Positions 53,235-62,911 of a stretch of 64,000 nt of DNA are shown in pieces; within the stretch, counting starts at the first letter, position 1; each line of letters opens with the position of its first letter. Source of the DNA: a virus. Lineage: Duplodnaviria; Caudoviricetes. Position numbers and translations under genes: made by a program. The stretch lies in the IMG/VR virus record IMGVR_UViG_3300032226_000829, one strand, 5' to 3'. The notes beneath the pieces were generated by a model that worked only from the letters and a program-made list of their open reading frames with translations, was not told where the DNA came from and ran no database searches.

Positions 53235-53387
53235 TTAAAATTTAGGTATTTGGATATTCTTCAATGCATCAACAATGTTTTGCATGGGCACAGAACTTTT
53301 TTCCTGAGTGGATTTGGGTTCTGAAGTGGCACAATTGGTGAGCGATATCAGCAACCACAGTGCTAAAAAACATTTGATTGATCTCAT
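53235..53387 (-). CDS. Small late lipoprotein (50 aa)
   Basis: Lipobox LTNC; TATAAATA 4 nt upstream. Confidence 0.6.
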   Translation of the reverse strand: MRSIKCFLALWLLISLTNCATSEPKSTQEKSSVPMQNIVDALKNIQIPKF

Positions 53388-53391
53388 GCAG

Positions 53392-53399
53392 TATTTATA
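53392..53399 (-). promoter_or_regulatory. T4-type late promoter TATAAATA
   Basis: Exact consensus on the minus strand. Confidence 0.75.
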
Positions 53400-53425
53400 G
53401 CACTGTTTGCGCTGGTTGTCAACAG

Positions 53426-55333
53426 TTATTTGTTGTCTTTGACCTCTGTGAACTCTGCATCCACTGTTTGAGATTTGGGTTCATCTGTGGCAGTGTTTTG
53501 ATTGGCTTGTTGAGCCTTGTACACAGCTTCACCCAGTTTCATGCTGGCTTCTGACAGTTCTTTGGTTTTGGCTTTGATAGTTTCTATATCATTGCTTTTC
53601 ACAGACTCTTTCAACTGATCCATGCTCTGTGTGATCTTCACACGATCTTCTTCGGTGAGTTTGTCACCATGTTCTTTCATGCTGTGTTCCACAGAAGCAA
53701 GCACACTATCAGCATGATTTTTGGCATCCACTTCTGCACGTTTCTTTTCATCTGCTTCTCGGTTGGCTTCAGCGTCTTTGATCATTTTTTCAATGTCTGC
53801 ATCACTCAACCCTGAGTTGGCTTGTATTTGGATTTTTTGTTCCTTACCCGTGCCTTTGTCTTTGGCACTCACATGCACAATGCCGTTGGCGTCGATATCA
53901 AATGTGACTTCAATCTGAGGCATACCTCTGGGTGCTGGTGCTATGCCAGTCAATTCAAAATTGCCTAAGAACTTATTGTCTGTGGCCATCTGTCTTTCAC
54001 CCTGAAACACTCGGATGCTCACAGCTGGTTGATTGTTTTCAGCTGTGCTGAACACTTGACTCTTTTTGGTTGGAATGGTGGTGTTCTTTTCAATCAGTCT
54101 AGTGAACACTCCACCCACTGTTTCAATGCCCAAACTCAATGGAGTCACATCCAACAACAGCACGTCTTTCACATCGCCTTGTAATACTCCACCTTGAATG
54201 GCAGCACCCAATGCCACCACTTCGTCTGGATTAACTCCTTGATTGGGTTCTTTGCCAAAAAATGATCGTACTGCTTCAACCACTTTGGGCATACGAGTCA
54301 TACCACCCACCAACACCACTTCTTTAATGTCATTGACACTGACACCAGCATCTTTCAATGCCTGACGACAAGGTTCAATGGTTTTTTGTATGAGAGTATC
54401 CACCAAACCTTCCAGTTTGGCACGAGTTATCTTCATATTCACGTGTTTGGGACCAGATTTGTCTGCTGTGATAAATGGCAAATTGATTTCTGTTTGAGTG
54501 CTGGATGACAGTTCTATTTTGGCTTTCTCCGCTGCCTCACGCACTCTCTGTATGGCCAATCTATCCTGTGCGAGATCAATGCCAGAGTCTCTTTTGAATT
54601 CTGCTAGGATATGATCTTGAATCACACTGTCAAAATCTTCACCACCCAGTGAAGTATTTCCGTTGGTGCTTTTGACTTCGAATACTCCATCACCCAACTC
54701 CAATATGCTGACATCAAATGTACCTCCACCCAAATCATACACTGCTATGGTCTTGGCACCTTTTTTGTCCATGCCATATGCCAATGCTGCGGCAGTGGGT
54801 TCATTGATAATCCTCAGCACTTCCAATCCAGCAATCTTGCCAGCATCTTTGGTGGCTTGTCGCTGTGCATCATTGAAGTAGGCTGGCACTGTGATCACTG
54901 CGTGATTCACTGCTCTACCCAAATATTTTTCGGCAGTTTCTTTCATCTTGATCAGTATGGATGAACTGATCTCTGGTGGTGAATATTTCTTGTCTCGGCT
55001 TTTGACCCAAGCATCACCGTTATCGGCTGCGATCACTTTGTAAGGTAATCTTTGAATATCTTTTTGTAATGCAGGATCATTGAAGGTTCTACCTATCAAT
55101 CGTTTCACTGCAAAGAATGTGTTTTCACCATTGGTCACTGCTTGACGACGGGCACTGTGTCCCACTAGTTTTTCTGATTCAGTGAATGCCACTATGCTGG
55201 GCGTGGTTCTGTACCCTTCTTGATTCTCTAATACTTTGGGTTTGCCTGCTTCCATGATGGCCACACAAGAGTTTGTCGTGCCCAAATCTATTCCTATCAC
55301 AGGACCATTTATTAATTTTTCTGCGTTTTTCAT
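53426..55333 (-). CDS. dnaK: Hsp70 chaperone DnaK
   Basis: [50 protein letters not shown]; full length. Confidence 0.98.
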   Translation of the reverse strand: MKNAEKLINGPVIGIDLGTTNSCVAIMEAGKPKVLENQEGYRTTPSIVAFTESEKLVGHSARRQAVTNGENTFFAVKRLIGRTFNDPALQKDIQRLPYKVIAADNGDAWVKSRDKKYSPPEISSSILIKMKETAEKYLGRAVNHAVITVPAYFNDAQRQATKDAGKIAGLEVLRIINEPTAAALAYGMDKKGAKTIAVYDLGGGTFDVSILELGDGVFEVKSTNGNTSLGGEDFDSVIQDHILAEFKRDSGIDLAQDRLAIQRVREAAEKAKIELSSSTQTEINLPFITADKSGPKHVNMKITRAKLEGLVDTLIQKTIEPCRQALKDAGVSVNDIKEVVLVGGMTRMPKVVEAVRSFFGKEPNQGVNPDEVVALGAAIQGGVLQGDVKDVLLLDVTPLSLGIETVGGVFTRLIEKNTTIPTKKSQVFSTAENNQPAVSIRVFQGERQMATDNKFLGNFELTGIAPAPRGMPQIEVTFDIDANGIVHVSAKDKGTGKEQKIQIQANSGLSDADIEKMIKDAEANREADEKKRAEVDAKNHADSVLASVEHSMKEHGDKLTEEDRVKITQSMDQLKESVKSNDIETIKAKTKELSEASMKLGEAVYKAQQANQNTATDEPKSQTVDAEFTEVKDNK

Positions 55334-55492
55334 ATATGTTTCTCCTTTTATAGCAAGTTATACAGCAAAACCAACATCTATGCGAATTGCTGTGCTGTGT
55401 TATATAAGCATTAATTCAGTAATGTCAAGAGCCTTTTGGCAATCTTTTTGAAGTTTCAGTGTGGCTTTGATACCACACTGAAAATAACTGGA

Positions 55493-55693
55493 CTACTTTT
55501 TCTTTTCGTCTTTTTTTGGACAAACAACTGGTTTATTAGTTGTTTTGTCGATTATCGCTTTGCCATCTTTGTCTTTTTCAACACAAGCCACAGGAGCAAC
55601 TGGTTTTGCTTCTTCCTTTTTAGGAGCTGGAGTTTGAGCTGACACAGAAAAAGATATCAACATAGCTGATAAAAACACTATAATGTTTTTCAT
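55493..55693 (-). CDS. Small secreted Lys/Pro-rich protein
   Basis: Signal peptide MKNIIVFLSAMLISFSVSA, two Cys. Confidence 0.6.
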   Translation of the reverse strand: MKNIIVFLSAMLISFSVSAQTPAPKKEEAKPVAPVACVEKDKDGKAIIDKTTNKPVVCPKKDEKKK

Positions 55694-55771
55694 TTTGTTT
55701 ACCTTTTTTGTTGTTAACAGTGATAGTATAGCGGAAACACAACCTTGTGTCAATGAATGGTTTGCCAAAAA

Positions 55772-56161
55772 TTAAGGTATGAATCGACCTGCGAATTTGG
55801 TTTTTCTTATCAATTTCTTCACATATAGATCCAGTTGATCTTTTTCTTTTTTGAGTTTTTTGAGTTTTTTCTCCCAGTCTTCATGCCACAGCAGGTGATT
55901 AGCAGTCACACTCATTTCAATCAGTATCTTGTGACGTTTGGTAGGATACTTCCATATTTCGCCAATGCCTTCATAGCCTGCATCAAACCAACCCACATAG
56001 GTGCAGCCTATCTGTCGGAGATTGTGATCTGGCAGTGGATCTGCAGTGTATTGCCAGCGAATATATCTGTAATGATACACAAAAATTTTTTTGTATTTTA
56101 ATAGAACAGCATGAGGGTTATTCACACGATACCTCAGATGTATTCTATTACGATTCAACAT
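55772..56161 (-). CDS. Hypothetical protein
   Basis: TGATG-coupled start. Confidence 0.5.
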   Translation of the reverse strand: MLNRNRIHLRYRVNNPHAVLLKYKKIFVYHYRYIRWQYTADPLPDHNLRQIGCTYVGWFDAGYEGIGEIWKYPTKRHKILIEMSVTANHLLWHEDWEKKLKKLKKEKDQLDLYVKKLIRKTKFAGRFIP

Positions 56162-56358
56162 CAGTGCAGTGTGTCCTGCATGGTGGCACAATGATGTTCT
56201 TCAATGTGGGTGATGTCCTGTGCGTCCAGATTGGGCATTTGTTCTTTGAGTGTGGCCCAAAGGTCAGCATGATCCATGGCATACACATCAATGGGAGATT
56301 CGTCTGTGCCAAAGTGCACCACAAACAGCTTGGTCTCATATTGGAATGAAGGTTTCAT
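56161..56358 (-). CDS. Hypothetical protein
   Basis: 65 aa ORF. Confidence 0.5.
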   Translation of the reverse strand: MKPSFQYETKLFVVHFGTDESPIDVYAMDHADLWATLKEQMPNLDAQDITHIEEHHCATMQDTLH

Positions 56359-56380
56359 GCCAATATTTATCTGGATTTAA

Positions 56381-56617
56381 TTATTTTTTATTGCGTTTTT
56401 CTTTGTTGATTCGGCGTTTGTAAGCCAATGGTGAAGTGGTGCTGGGTGGTATGTAGAATGCATAAGGATTGGCTTGACCCATGGGTTGATTGGTCACACC
56501 ATAAGGAATCTTTTCAACTTCGCCGCCCTTGGCCAAGTATTCTTTCATTAGACGTTCGATCTCGGCTGCCTTGGCTGCCTTGTCTATGCTGTCGTCGTTG
56601 TTATCGTATGATCTCAT
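56381..56617 (-). CDS. Conserved small phage protein
   Basis: EYLAKGGEVEKIPYG motif. Confidence 0.6.
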   Translation of the reverse strand: MRSYDNNDDSIDKAAKAAEIERLMKEYLAKGGEVEKIPYGVTNQPMGQANPYAFYIPPSTTSPLAYKRRINKEKRNKK

Positions 56618-56660
56618 TTGTTCCTTAGTAATTATCTAGGAACTGATTGGATCTAACGAA

Positions 56661-56804
56661 TTATGATTTCTTTATAGTCGTAGATAACCAGTCCAGAACA
56701 TATACTGTAGATTGTTTCGTCCACACAAGAATATCTTGAATCTTGTCAGGATGAACCAAATATACATACATGCCTAATGCGCCTATTATTATACCTTTTA
56801 TCAT
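56661..56804 (-). CDS. Small membrane peptide (47 aa)
   Basis: MIKGIIIGALGMYVYLVHP...; below track threshold. Confidence 0.55.
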   Translation of the reverse strand: MIKGIIIGALGMYVYLVHPDKIQDILVWTKQSTVYVLDWLSTTIKKS

Positions 56805-56837
56805 GTTTTGCCTATTTGTTGTTGCCTAAGTATTATA

Positions 56838-56882
56838 CTAGCGGAATTTGATTGATAAGTCAACCTAAAAAATTCCGCTAGT
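56838..56882. repeat. 13-bp perfect inverted repeat ACTAGCGGAATTT/AAATTCCGCTAGT
   Basis: Lies between the BI-1 stop and promoter-like hexamers. Confidence 0.7.
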
Positions 56883-56893
56883 TTATTGGATTT

Positions 56894-57580
56894 TTAGTCT
56901 CTTTTTGAACCCATCAGTTGCAAAATAGAAACAAATATATTGATAAAGTCCAGATACAATGTAAGAGCTCCCAGTGTTCTAGTTTTAGAACTGTCTGCTC
57001 CTTCCAGATATATCTGTTTTAATTTCTGCATGTCATAAGCAGTCAAGCCTGTGAAGATGATCACGGCCAACACATTGATAATAAAGTTCAATGCTGTCAT
57101 GTGCAACCAAATGTTCACAATGCTGGCCACAATGATTCCTATCAAACCCACAAATAAAAATGTACCCAAACCGGATAGATCTCTACGAGTGGTATAACCT
57201 ATGATGGCAAAAGAACCAAACACTATGGCAGAAATTAAGAAGGCCGATATGACACTGTGTGCTGTGTAGATATACAGCAGAGCACCCATGCTCAAACCTT
57301 GAGCAGCGGCGAATCCCATCAACATCCATAGCAGTCCACGATTGCTGAAACGTTCAGCACCAAAACTCATGGCCAACACAAATGCCAACGGCGACAGTAT
57401 GATGATCCAAGACAGTGCACCACCTGCATACAAGAACGGCAGTCTCACTCCGATGTAGGCAAAAAATGCCGACACCAGCATGGCTGTGGTCATTCTTGTG
57501 AACACATCATTGAAATAGGATCTTAAACCCAGATCAACTGTGGTATTGCCTTGACTTTTAACACCTATCGATGTTTTCAT
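56894..57580 (-). CDS. Bax inhibitor-1/YccA family membrane protein
   Basis: 7 TM; GYTTRRDLSGLG, TAYDMQKLK, LTLYLDFINIF. Confidence 0.92.
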   Translation of the reverse strand: MKTSIGVKSQGNTTVDLGLRSYFNDVFTRMTTAMLVSAFFAYIGVRLPFLYAGGALSWIIILSPLAFVLAMSFGAERFSNRGLLWMLMGFAAAQGLSMGALLYIYTAHSVISAFLISAIVFGSFAIIGYTTRRDLSGLGTFLFVGLIGIIVASIVNIWLHMTALNFIINVLAVIIFTGLTAYDMQKLKQIYLEGADSSKTRTLGALTLYLDFINIFVSILQLMGSKRD

Positions 57581-57593
57581 ATTTTTCTCCTTG

Positions 57594-57899
57594 TTATATT
57601 GATAAGGCTCCGTGCCCAATCAAATCTCTAAAAAACAAATACACTGAAGCACCCATGATGATCAGTGCTGCTATATTTATCAGTATCACAATGTAGCTCA
57701 CTACCAAACTAATAATGGTCATGCTGTGATACATGCCTCCTGTGCGTACAGTGCGTGATTGAGTTTGAAATCTCAAATGCAAGTGCCCCAACACTATGGC
57801 AATGATCTGTAAAAAGAATGGTATGATGAAAGCAGTGATCAATCCCAATAGGGAGAACACAACTGATGTCACTGCCAATAGATTGAAATTTTCTTTCAT
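57594..57899 (-). CDS. DUF4190-like membrane protein
   Basis: LAVTSVVFSLLG...IIAIVLGH...IISLVVSY. Confidence 0.65.
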   Translation of the reverse strand: MKENFNLLAVTSVVFSLLGLITAFIIPFFLQIIAIVLGHLHLRFQTQSRTVRTGGMYHSMTIISLVVSYIVILINIAALIIMGASVYLFFRDLIGHGALSI

Positions 57900-58054
57900 A
57901 TTAATTTTTGTTTTTGGATTGTTCCAATTGTTTTTTTAAAGATTCTATCTCATCCAGAAGATATTCCACTTCGTTGGCCAAATGACGAGCTAGATTTTTG
58001 TACTTGTACAATTCAATGTCTTTTTTAATTTTTGGTTCTTTGATTGATAACATT

Positions 58055-58285
58055 TTATTTTCTTTTCTTTCCGATGGGTTCAATACCCCATTCAATTCTC
58101 TGCCACAACCTATCATAGTTGTAGTAAGAAATAGACCAAAGTACATTTAATATTATCGTGGGCAGTAATGCTTGGGTCCAGGTTTGGCCCGTTAAAACTA
58201 TCACCAGATAAGATGTGAGTATCACCCACACTCTGTAGATCAGTGTTTTTATTAAAGTTCTTCGAGGAGTTGTTCTGTATTTCAT
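58055..58285 (-). CDS. DUF2061 family membrane protein
   Basis: RTLIKTLIYR...YYNYDRLWQRIEWG. Confidence 0.75.
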   Translation of the reverse strand: MKYRTTPRRTLIKTLIYRVWVILTSYLVIVLTGQTWTQALLPTIILNVLWSISYYNYDRLWQRIEWGIEPIGKKRK

Positions 58286-58286
58286 T

Positions 58287-58547
58287 CTATCTGTATCCAG
58301 TTCTCCAAATGGAACTGATTATGATGCTCCAATACCACACCCATACCACCCATGCTGTCAAAAAAATTAGATTGATACTTTTCAAATAAGATATGGTGAA
58401 CCACAGTGAGATGCCCAACACAGCATGAGTCCATGGCTGCACATCCACAACATCCATCATGCGTTGAGTGGCACGTTCAAACTTACCCCAAGAGTAGTCC
58501 AACATTGTGTCCACAGTTTTTTCTGCAATGGATTTTTTGTTGCTCAT
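58287..58547 (-). CDS. Membrane protein
   Basis: C-terminal TM segments. Confidence 0.55.
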   Translation of the reverse strand: MSNKKSIAEKTVDTMLDYSWGKFERATQRMMDVVDVQPWTHAVLGISLWFTISYLKSINLIFLTAWVVWVWYWSIIISSIWRTGYR

Positions 58548-58708
58548 GATGCGGTTTTGTTTAGATATTGTTTTTTATACCAACGGTAAAATTCTGGGTT
58601 TTCTTCCCATACGGAATAGATTCTGTCAGCTGGCACTTGATCTGATCTGATACAGTCAGCCCAAGATTGATAATCTTCTTTTTTAATTTTTTTAATTTGA
58701 GTTTTCAT
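58544..58708 (-). CDS. Small conserved phage protein (54 aa)
   Basis: ADCIRSDQVPA...FYRWYKKQY; ATGA-coupled. Confidence 0.6.
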   Translation of the reverse strand: MKTQIKKIKKEDYQSWADCIRSDQVPADRIYSVWEENPEFYRWYKKQYLNKTAS

Positions 58709-58752
58709 AATATTACACTTTACATTACATCATGCAACTAGTCAAGTGTATA

Positions 58753-58908
58753 TTACTTTCGATTCACAATATCTGGAGTTAATAGGTCCACAGTGTTCAC
58801 TACCGTTTTGCCCGCATACACCACTGTGCTGCCAGCCACGTCCAACACTGCCACTGTGGTGGAGCATTGTGTCATGAATAACAATAATAGGATACCAAAT
58901 GTCTTCAT
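58753..58908 (-). CDS. Small lipoprotein
   Basis: Lipobox-like MTQC followed by an amphipathic helix. Confidence 0.6.
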   Translation of the reverse strand: MKTFGILLLLFMTQCSTTVAVLDVAGSTVVYAGKTVVNTVDLLTPDIVNRK

Positions 58909-59004
58909 TTGTCTTTTAGATTGATTATGATGCGGATCAACAACACAATTGATATTGCCAGTATGATCCACACAGTCCAGGATTCTCGTAACATTATAAT
59001 TTCG

Positions 59005-59220
59005 TCAGTCATTTTTGGTTTTGATTGCCTCATCCACGTGAGTCATGTATCTTTGCACACGTTCAATATAGATCCTGTGCTGTTCATCACAATAGTTCTG
59101 CACATGATCTCTTAAAATGATCACTTCTGCTCTAGCCATTTCCATGTCCTGATCCTGATCTATGCGATTCAGTATGGATTTCAAATCGTTCAGCAGTGTA
59201 AAATGGTCTAATTCAGTCAT
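59005..59220 (-). CDS. Hypothetical protein
   Basis: TGATG-coupled. Confidence 0.5.
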   Translation of the reverse strand: MTELDHFTLLNDLKSILNRIDQDQDMEMARAEVIILRDHVQNYCDEQHRIYIERVQRYMTHVDEAIKTKND

Positions 59221-59325
59221 CAGTCTGTGAGTTTGATTAATATTGCAATTTGAATAACCAAAACAATCAAAGGCACAATGGTTCTAATCAATTCCATAGT
59301 GTGATTGAATCTATCCAAACGTCTT

Positions 59326-59670
59326 TCAAACTTTCTGATATTTGTTTTTAATTTTTTCATTTGTCCATTTTATTAGTTTTACACTGAAATTGAATAATAC
59401 TGTACATATTTTTTTCAACACAGTGACATAGTTATAATTTAACACACGCACCACCAGTTTGTCAAACAAAATATACAACTTACGGAACATATTCTTGTAT
59501 CTGATGTGAACTCTGTGCTTGTGCAGCAAGTGATTGAAGAAGTTTTCTGCTTCAGCCACAATCTTGCCCATTCTGGTAGTTTTGTCCATCTGATGCCAAT
59601 CCAAAAACCAATAGCCCACCCACAGCATGAATAGAACAAACAGTATGGTGACTATGAAACTGATGATCAT
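59326..59670 (-). CDS. Membrane protein
   Basis: N-terminal TM. Confidence 0.5.
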   Translation of the reverse strand: MIISFIVTILFVLFMLWVGYWFLDWHQMDKTTRMGKIVAEAENFFNHLLHKHRVHIRYKNMFRKLYILFDKLVVRVLNYNYVTVLKKICTVLFNFSVKLIKWTNEKIKNKYQKV

Positions 59671-59930
59671 CAGTGTAAATTTTTAGTATTGGGTTTTATA
59701 CTGTCCATGTTAAATGGTTCAATGTGTTCTGCTGTGCGGTGCACAGTGTCTATCATTTTAGTGAAGTCTTCAGGAGTCAGTGTGGTTTTGTACAGTCTTA
59801 GAGCAATGGCCATCATGGTGCCAGTGACCATTTGTGGTTCATGTGTCACACACAGTTTGGCCATCAATTGAAAAAATTCATCATAGATATTCTGTAATTC
59901 CACATCGCTCATGTTGGGTTTTTGAATCAT
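59670..59930 (-). CDS. Hypothetical protein
   Basis: Coupled ORF, helical. Confidence 0.6.
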   Translation of the reverse strand: MIQKPNMSDVELQNIYDEFFQLMAKLCVTHEPQMVTGTMMAIALRLYKTTLTPEDFTKMIDTVHRTAEHIEPFNMDSIKPNTKNLH

Positions 59931-60136
59931 ATGCCGTGCTCCTGTTTGGCCTGCTGTTCACTGTCCTGTATGGCTTTGTGTAGAGCCTGCAAATCATTCA
60001 CATTGATACCTCGTTCTTTAATCAATTGCTCCTGTATTTGCACTTGACGTTTTTTGTATTTGGCCAACTTGGTGAAGTACTCAAAAGTTTCCTCATTGTG
60101 TCCTATCACTGCTGGTTCTTTATCTCTAGCTGGCAT
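59927..60136 (-). CDS. Hypothetical protein
   Basis: Coupled ORF. Confidence 0.5.
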   Translation of the reverse strand: MPARDKEPAVIGHNEETFEYFTKLAKYKKRQVQIQEQLIKERGINVNDLQALHKAIQDSEQQAKQEHGI

Positions 60137-60363
60137 TATATTTCACTCAACCTTTCTAATTTTTGATTCAGTTCTTGTGAAAGTTTTTTATAGTCCGTTA
60201 ATTCCTCTGTCTGACGTTGCAACCTTTGGTTCATATCTGCAATGATCTCCTGATATTCTCTGTTTTGAAAATCTAAATTTTCTTTTTCAGCTGTAAGTCT
60301 AGCAATCTGTTGCATCAGTATGCGTTCATAGGGTGCCATTTTGCTTTTTGTTTTTGTTGCCAT
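60136..60363 (-). CDS. Coiled-coil protein
   Basis: Heptad-rich. Confidence 0.6.
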   Translation of the reverse strand: MATKTKSKMAPYERILMQQIARLTAEKENLDFQNREYQEIIADMNQRLQRQTEELTDYKKLSQELNQKLERLSEI

Positions 60364-60664
60364 GCTAGTTCAATCTGCCATATTGTTTCAACAGATGCTG
60401 ATACACACCCAACCAATACTGTTTGAATGCTGGATTTTGTGCTCGCTGATGGGCTCCCCAAGCATTGGCAATCAGCCTATCTCTTTGAGAATACATCATG
60501 CGAGCCAAACTATTCATACTACTTGCTCTTTTTTACAAATTTTATTAAATCGTTGCATTTTTTAATAATGCGATCACAGGTGTCAGTCATGCTGGAAAAC
60601 ACATAATATCCAGAACCTATAGCCACCAGTATTGCGATTAATAAAAATAAAACTAAATCATTAC

Positions 60665-61612
60665 TCATTTTTTCTCCTTTTTCTTTTTGGTTTGCTTTTT
60701 GCCTTTCACTGTTTTTTTGGCCTTAATTTTTTTCTTCTTGGCTGCCTGTGCTGCCTCCATGCGTGCCTTCTCCCAGTCATCCCATTCTTTCTGTTCTTCT
60801 GGTGATTTTTCTGGCAGCTCATTGGCATCCTCTTCCTCTACTGTATCCGTGTCTGGCTGTGGTGCTTCTGCTTCTGCCCTTGCTATTTCTTTCTTCTGCT
60901 TCTTGCTCATGGTAGTTTCATCCATGCAGCCTTCCAACACCCTGCACTCTTGGCCGCTGCCGGTGCTGTCCTCTTCTAGGTGTCTAGATTCTCCATCACC
61001 ATAGCTGATGGCATGGCAGATGTCCGATCCCTCGATCTGCCTGTAGTGTAACTTCAATTTTTTTAGATCCAGCTCTCCATCGATCTCCATCTCTCCTTCT
61101 GTGGTCCATCCACCCTTGTTTGAGGTGTATGCATACAAATAATATTCATTCACCAATTCTGGGTGATCCACGTCCACACAATCTTCGGACTCCACACACT
61201 CAATGCCCAACTTGTGTATGTTGTCACTTGACAGCTCAATGGGTTCGCGGAACACATAGTGCCCCTTGGCATCTCGGATGGCTTGGCCGTGCTGGTCAAA
61301 TTCTTCTATGTGCAGGAAGTTGCTGGAACTTATGGGAGCGCCACAGGTATGTGCCACATTGTCTATGTCATGCCAGTCTCTCTGAAATCTGGCCTCTTGG
61401 GGCAAGTTGTGTTCCTGCTCGTAATTTTCTCTGTCGTAACCCATGAGATAGTCTGTGAGTTCTTGCTCTCGGTTCTTCCAGTAGTGATACTGATAGGGAG
61501 TGATGGTGCCCACCACGGTCTCGCCACCGTATCTCTGTATGCTAAATTTGTATTTCTTGATGCCGTGCTTGATCCTGTCGACCAATTGAGCTTTTTGTTT
61601 TTTGGTAGCCAT
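60665..61612 (-). CDS. Acidic hypothetical protein with a Lys-rich tail
   Basis: 315 aa; RBS; YGGETVVG...KGG..EGE pattern. Confidence 0.7.
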   Translation of the reverse strand: MATKKQKAQLVDRIKHGIKKYKFSIQRYGGETVVGTITPYQYHYWKNREQELTDYLMGYDRENYEQEHNLPQEARFQRDWHDIDNVAHTCGAPISSSNFLHIEEFDQHGQAIRDAKGHYVFREPIELSSDNIHKLGIECVESEDCVDVDHPELVNEYYLYAYTSNKGGWTTEGEMEIDGELDLKKLKLHYRQIEGSDICHAISYGDGESRHLEEDSTGSGQECRVLEGCMDETTMSKKQKKEIARAEAEAPQPDTDTVEEEDANELPEKSPEEQKEWDDWEKARMEAAQAAKKKKIKAKKTVKGKKQTKKKKEKK

Positions 61613-61769
61613 TTAATCTTTTCTCTTCTTTGGTTTGGATTTCTTTTCCAGCATCTTCTGAATCATGATCTGATCCAGACTGTCAATGATGCCCAACAGT
61701 AATCCATGACGACGACCCATGTAGTAGCTCACAGCTATCAGTGCTGTGACATACAGTATGAATTTGATT

Positions 61770-61973
61770 TCAAACATTGGATCTATCCAAGTATGGATGA
61801 GTCAGCAGTGTGATGCTGTGTATCACATCATAGAGCTGTTGTTCTATGTGTGCCCTGCGGGTGAATCCGTTGGTGTATTCCAGTTGATCTTCCAGCATGA
61901 TTTTCTGTCTGGTCAATTCTGCGATGCGTAGTTTCACATGCTCTGGCATGATGTCAATTATAGTTTGTGTCAT
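61770..61973 (-). CDS. Hypothetical protein
   Basis: 67 aa, promoter upstream. Confidence 0.55.
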   Translation of the reverse strand: MTQTIIDIMPEHVKLRIAELTRQKIMLEDQLEYTNGFTRRAHIEQQLYDVIHSITLLTHPYLDRSNV

Positions 61974-62078
61974 ATGTGCCTGTTTGGTTTATAGTACAAA
62001 TATATGGTATTTGGCAGTGAAAGTCAAGACTGTTTTGGAAAAATATTGTTAAATGTTTGATTTTGAAGTATTTTTTGT

Positions 62079-62336
62079 TTAGTAACGTGGAACCACACTG
62101 TTGCTCCAAGTGAAACCCTGTTCTCTATGGGCTTGACGCTGGGCCGCAAAAGGTTCATTGGGCACCATGATCCAATCTTCACCACAGATTGTACACACAT
62201 CACCCGGTCTATCACCTTTTCTCACATCGGTTTGAAGCCACTCATGCTGATTGATGGTGCCTTTGATGGTGCCTGAGCAGGCGTTCAAGGCAAACACAAT
62301 CACAAGTAGTAAAAAAATCTGCTTCGTACGGTTCAT
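62079..62336 (-). CDS. Small lipoprotein with a CxxC motif
   Basis: Lipobox LNAC; CTICG. Confidence 0.55.
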   Translation of the reverse strand: MNRTKQIFLLLVIVFALNACSGTIKGTINQHEWLQTDVRKGDRPGDVCTICGEDWIMVPNEPFAAQRQAHREQGFTWSNSVVPRY

Positions 62337-62512
62337 ATGACATATATTACATGGAATTATCCACACAGTCAAGTGCAAAGATGTGTTGACACAGAACAGT
62401 TTTTGCTTTATGCTGAAGAAAAAAATGTTTTTAAGAAAAATTTTTCAGTTTTTAACTCATAAAAATAATTCACATTCATACTCACTGGAAGGACCACTTT
62501 TTATAAGTATTT

Positions 62513-62520
62513 TATAAATA
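62513..62520 (+). promoter_or_regulatory. T4-type late promoter TATAAATA
   Basis: Exact consensus 5 nt before ATG 62526; TATAAGTA also at 62502. Confidence 0.75.
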
Positions 62521-62525
62521 AATTC

Positions 62526-62903
62526 ATGAACGAATTGTTGCAACACAAACATATTCTTATCAGAGCAGAAGTAAAAAATCCTTTGAAGGATGAAACTCAG
62601 GCCACTGAGTGGTTGAAAGATCTAGTAAAAAAAATAAACATGAAAATCCTAATAGGCCCCATTGCCAAGTACTTGGATGTGCCCGGCAACAGAGGACTTA
62701 CTGTGGCTGCCATCATTGAAACTTCACACATTGTGATGCACTGTTGGGATGAATGTTCTCCAGGCTTGATGCAGTTGGATGTGTACACCTGTGGTGCTTT
62801 TGACCCCAAAACTGTGTTGGATGCCATTGAGCAGTTTGACGTGATTAAAATTGATTACAAATACCTAGACAGAGAGTCTGGTTTCCAAGAATTGTCACTT
62901 TAA
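62526..62903 (+). CDS. AdoMetDC (SpeD/SpeH)-family pyruvoyl-dependent decarboxylase proenzyme
   Basis: HKHIL, GLT...IIETSHI.MHCW, LDVYTCG. Confidence 0.85.
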   Translation: MNELLQHKHILIRAEVKNPLKDETQATEWLKDLVKKINMKILIGPIAKYLDVPGNRGLTVAAIIETSHIVMHCWDECSPGLMQLDVYTCGAFDPKTVLDAIEQFDVIKIDYKYLDRESGFQELSL

Positions 62904-62911
62904 TATTTTCA

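Noticed and set aside
49716-55333. Host chromosomal contamination explaining hem genes and dnaK
   Set aside because: These genes are interleaved with T4-type late promoters, phage-type small ORFs and a phage-type tRNA; not fully excluded without read mapping.
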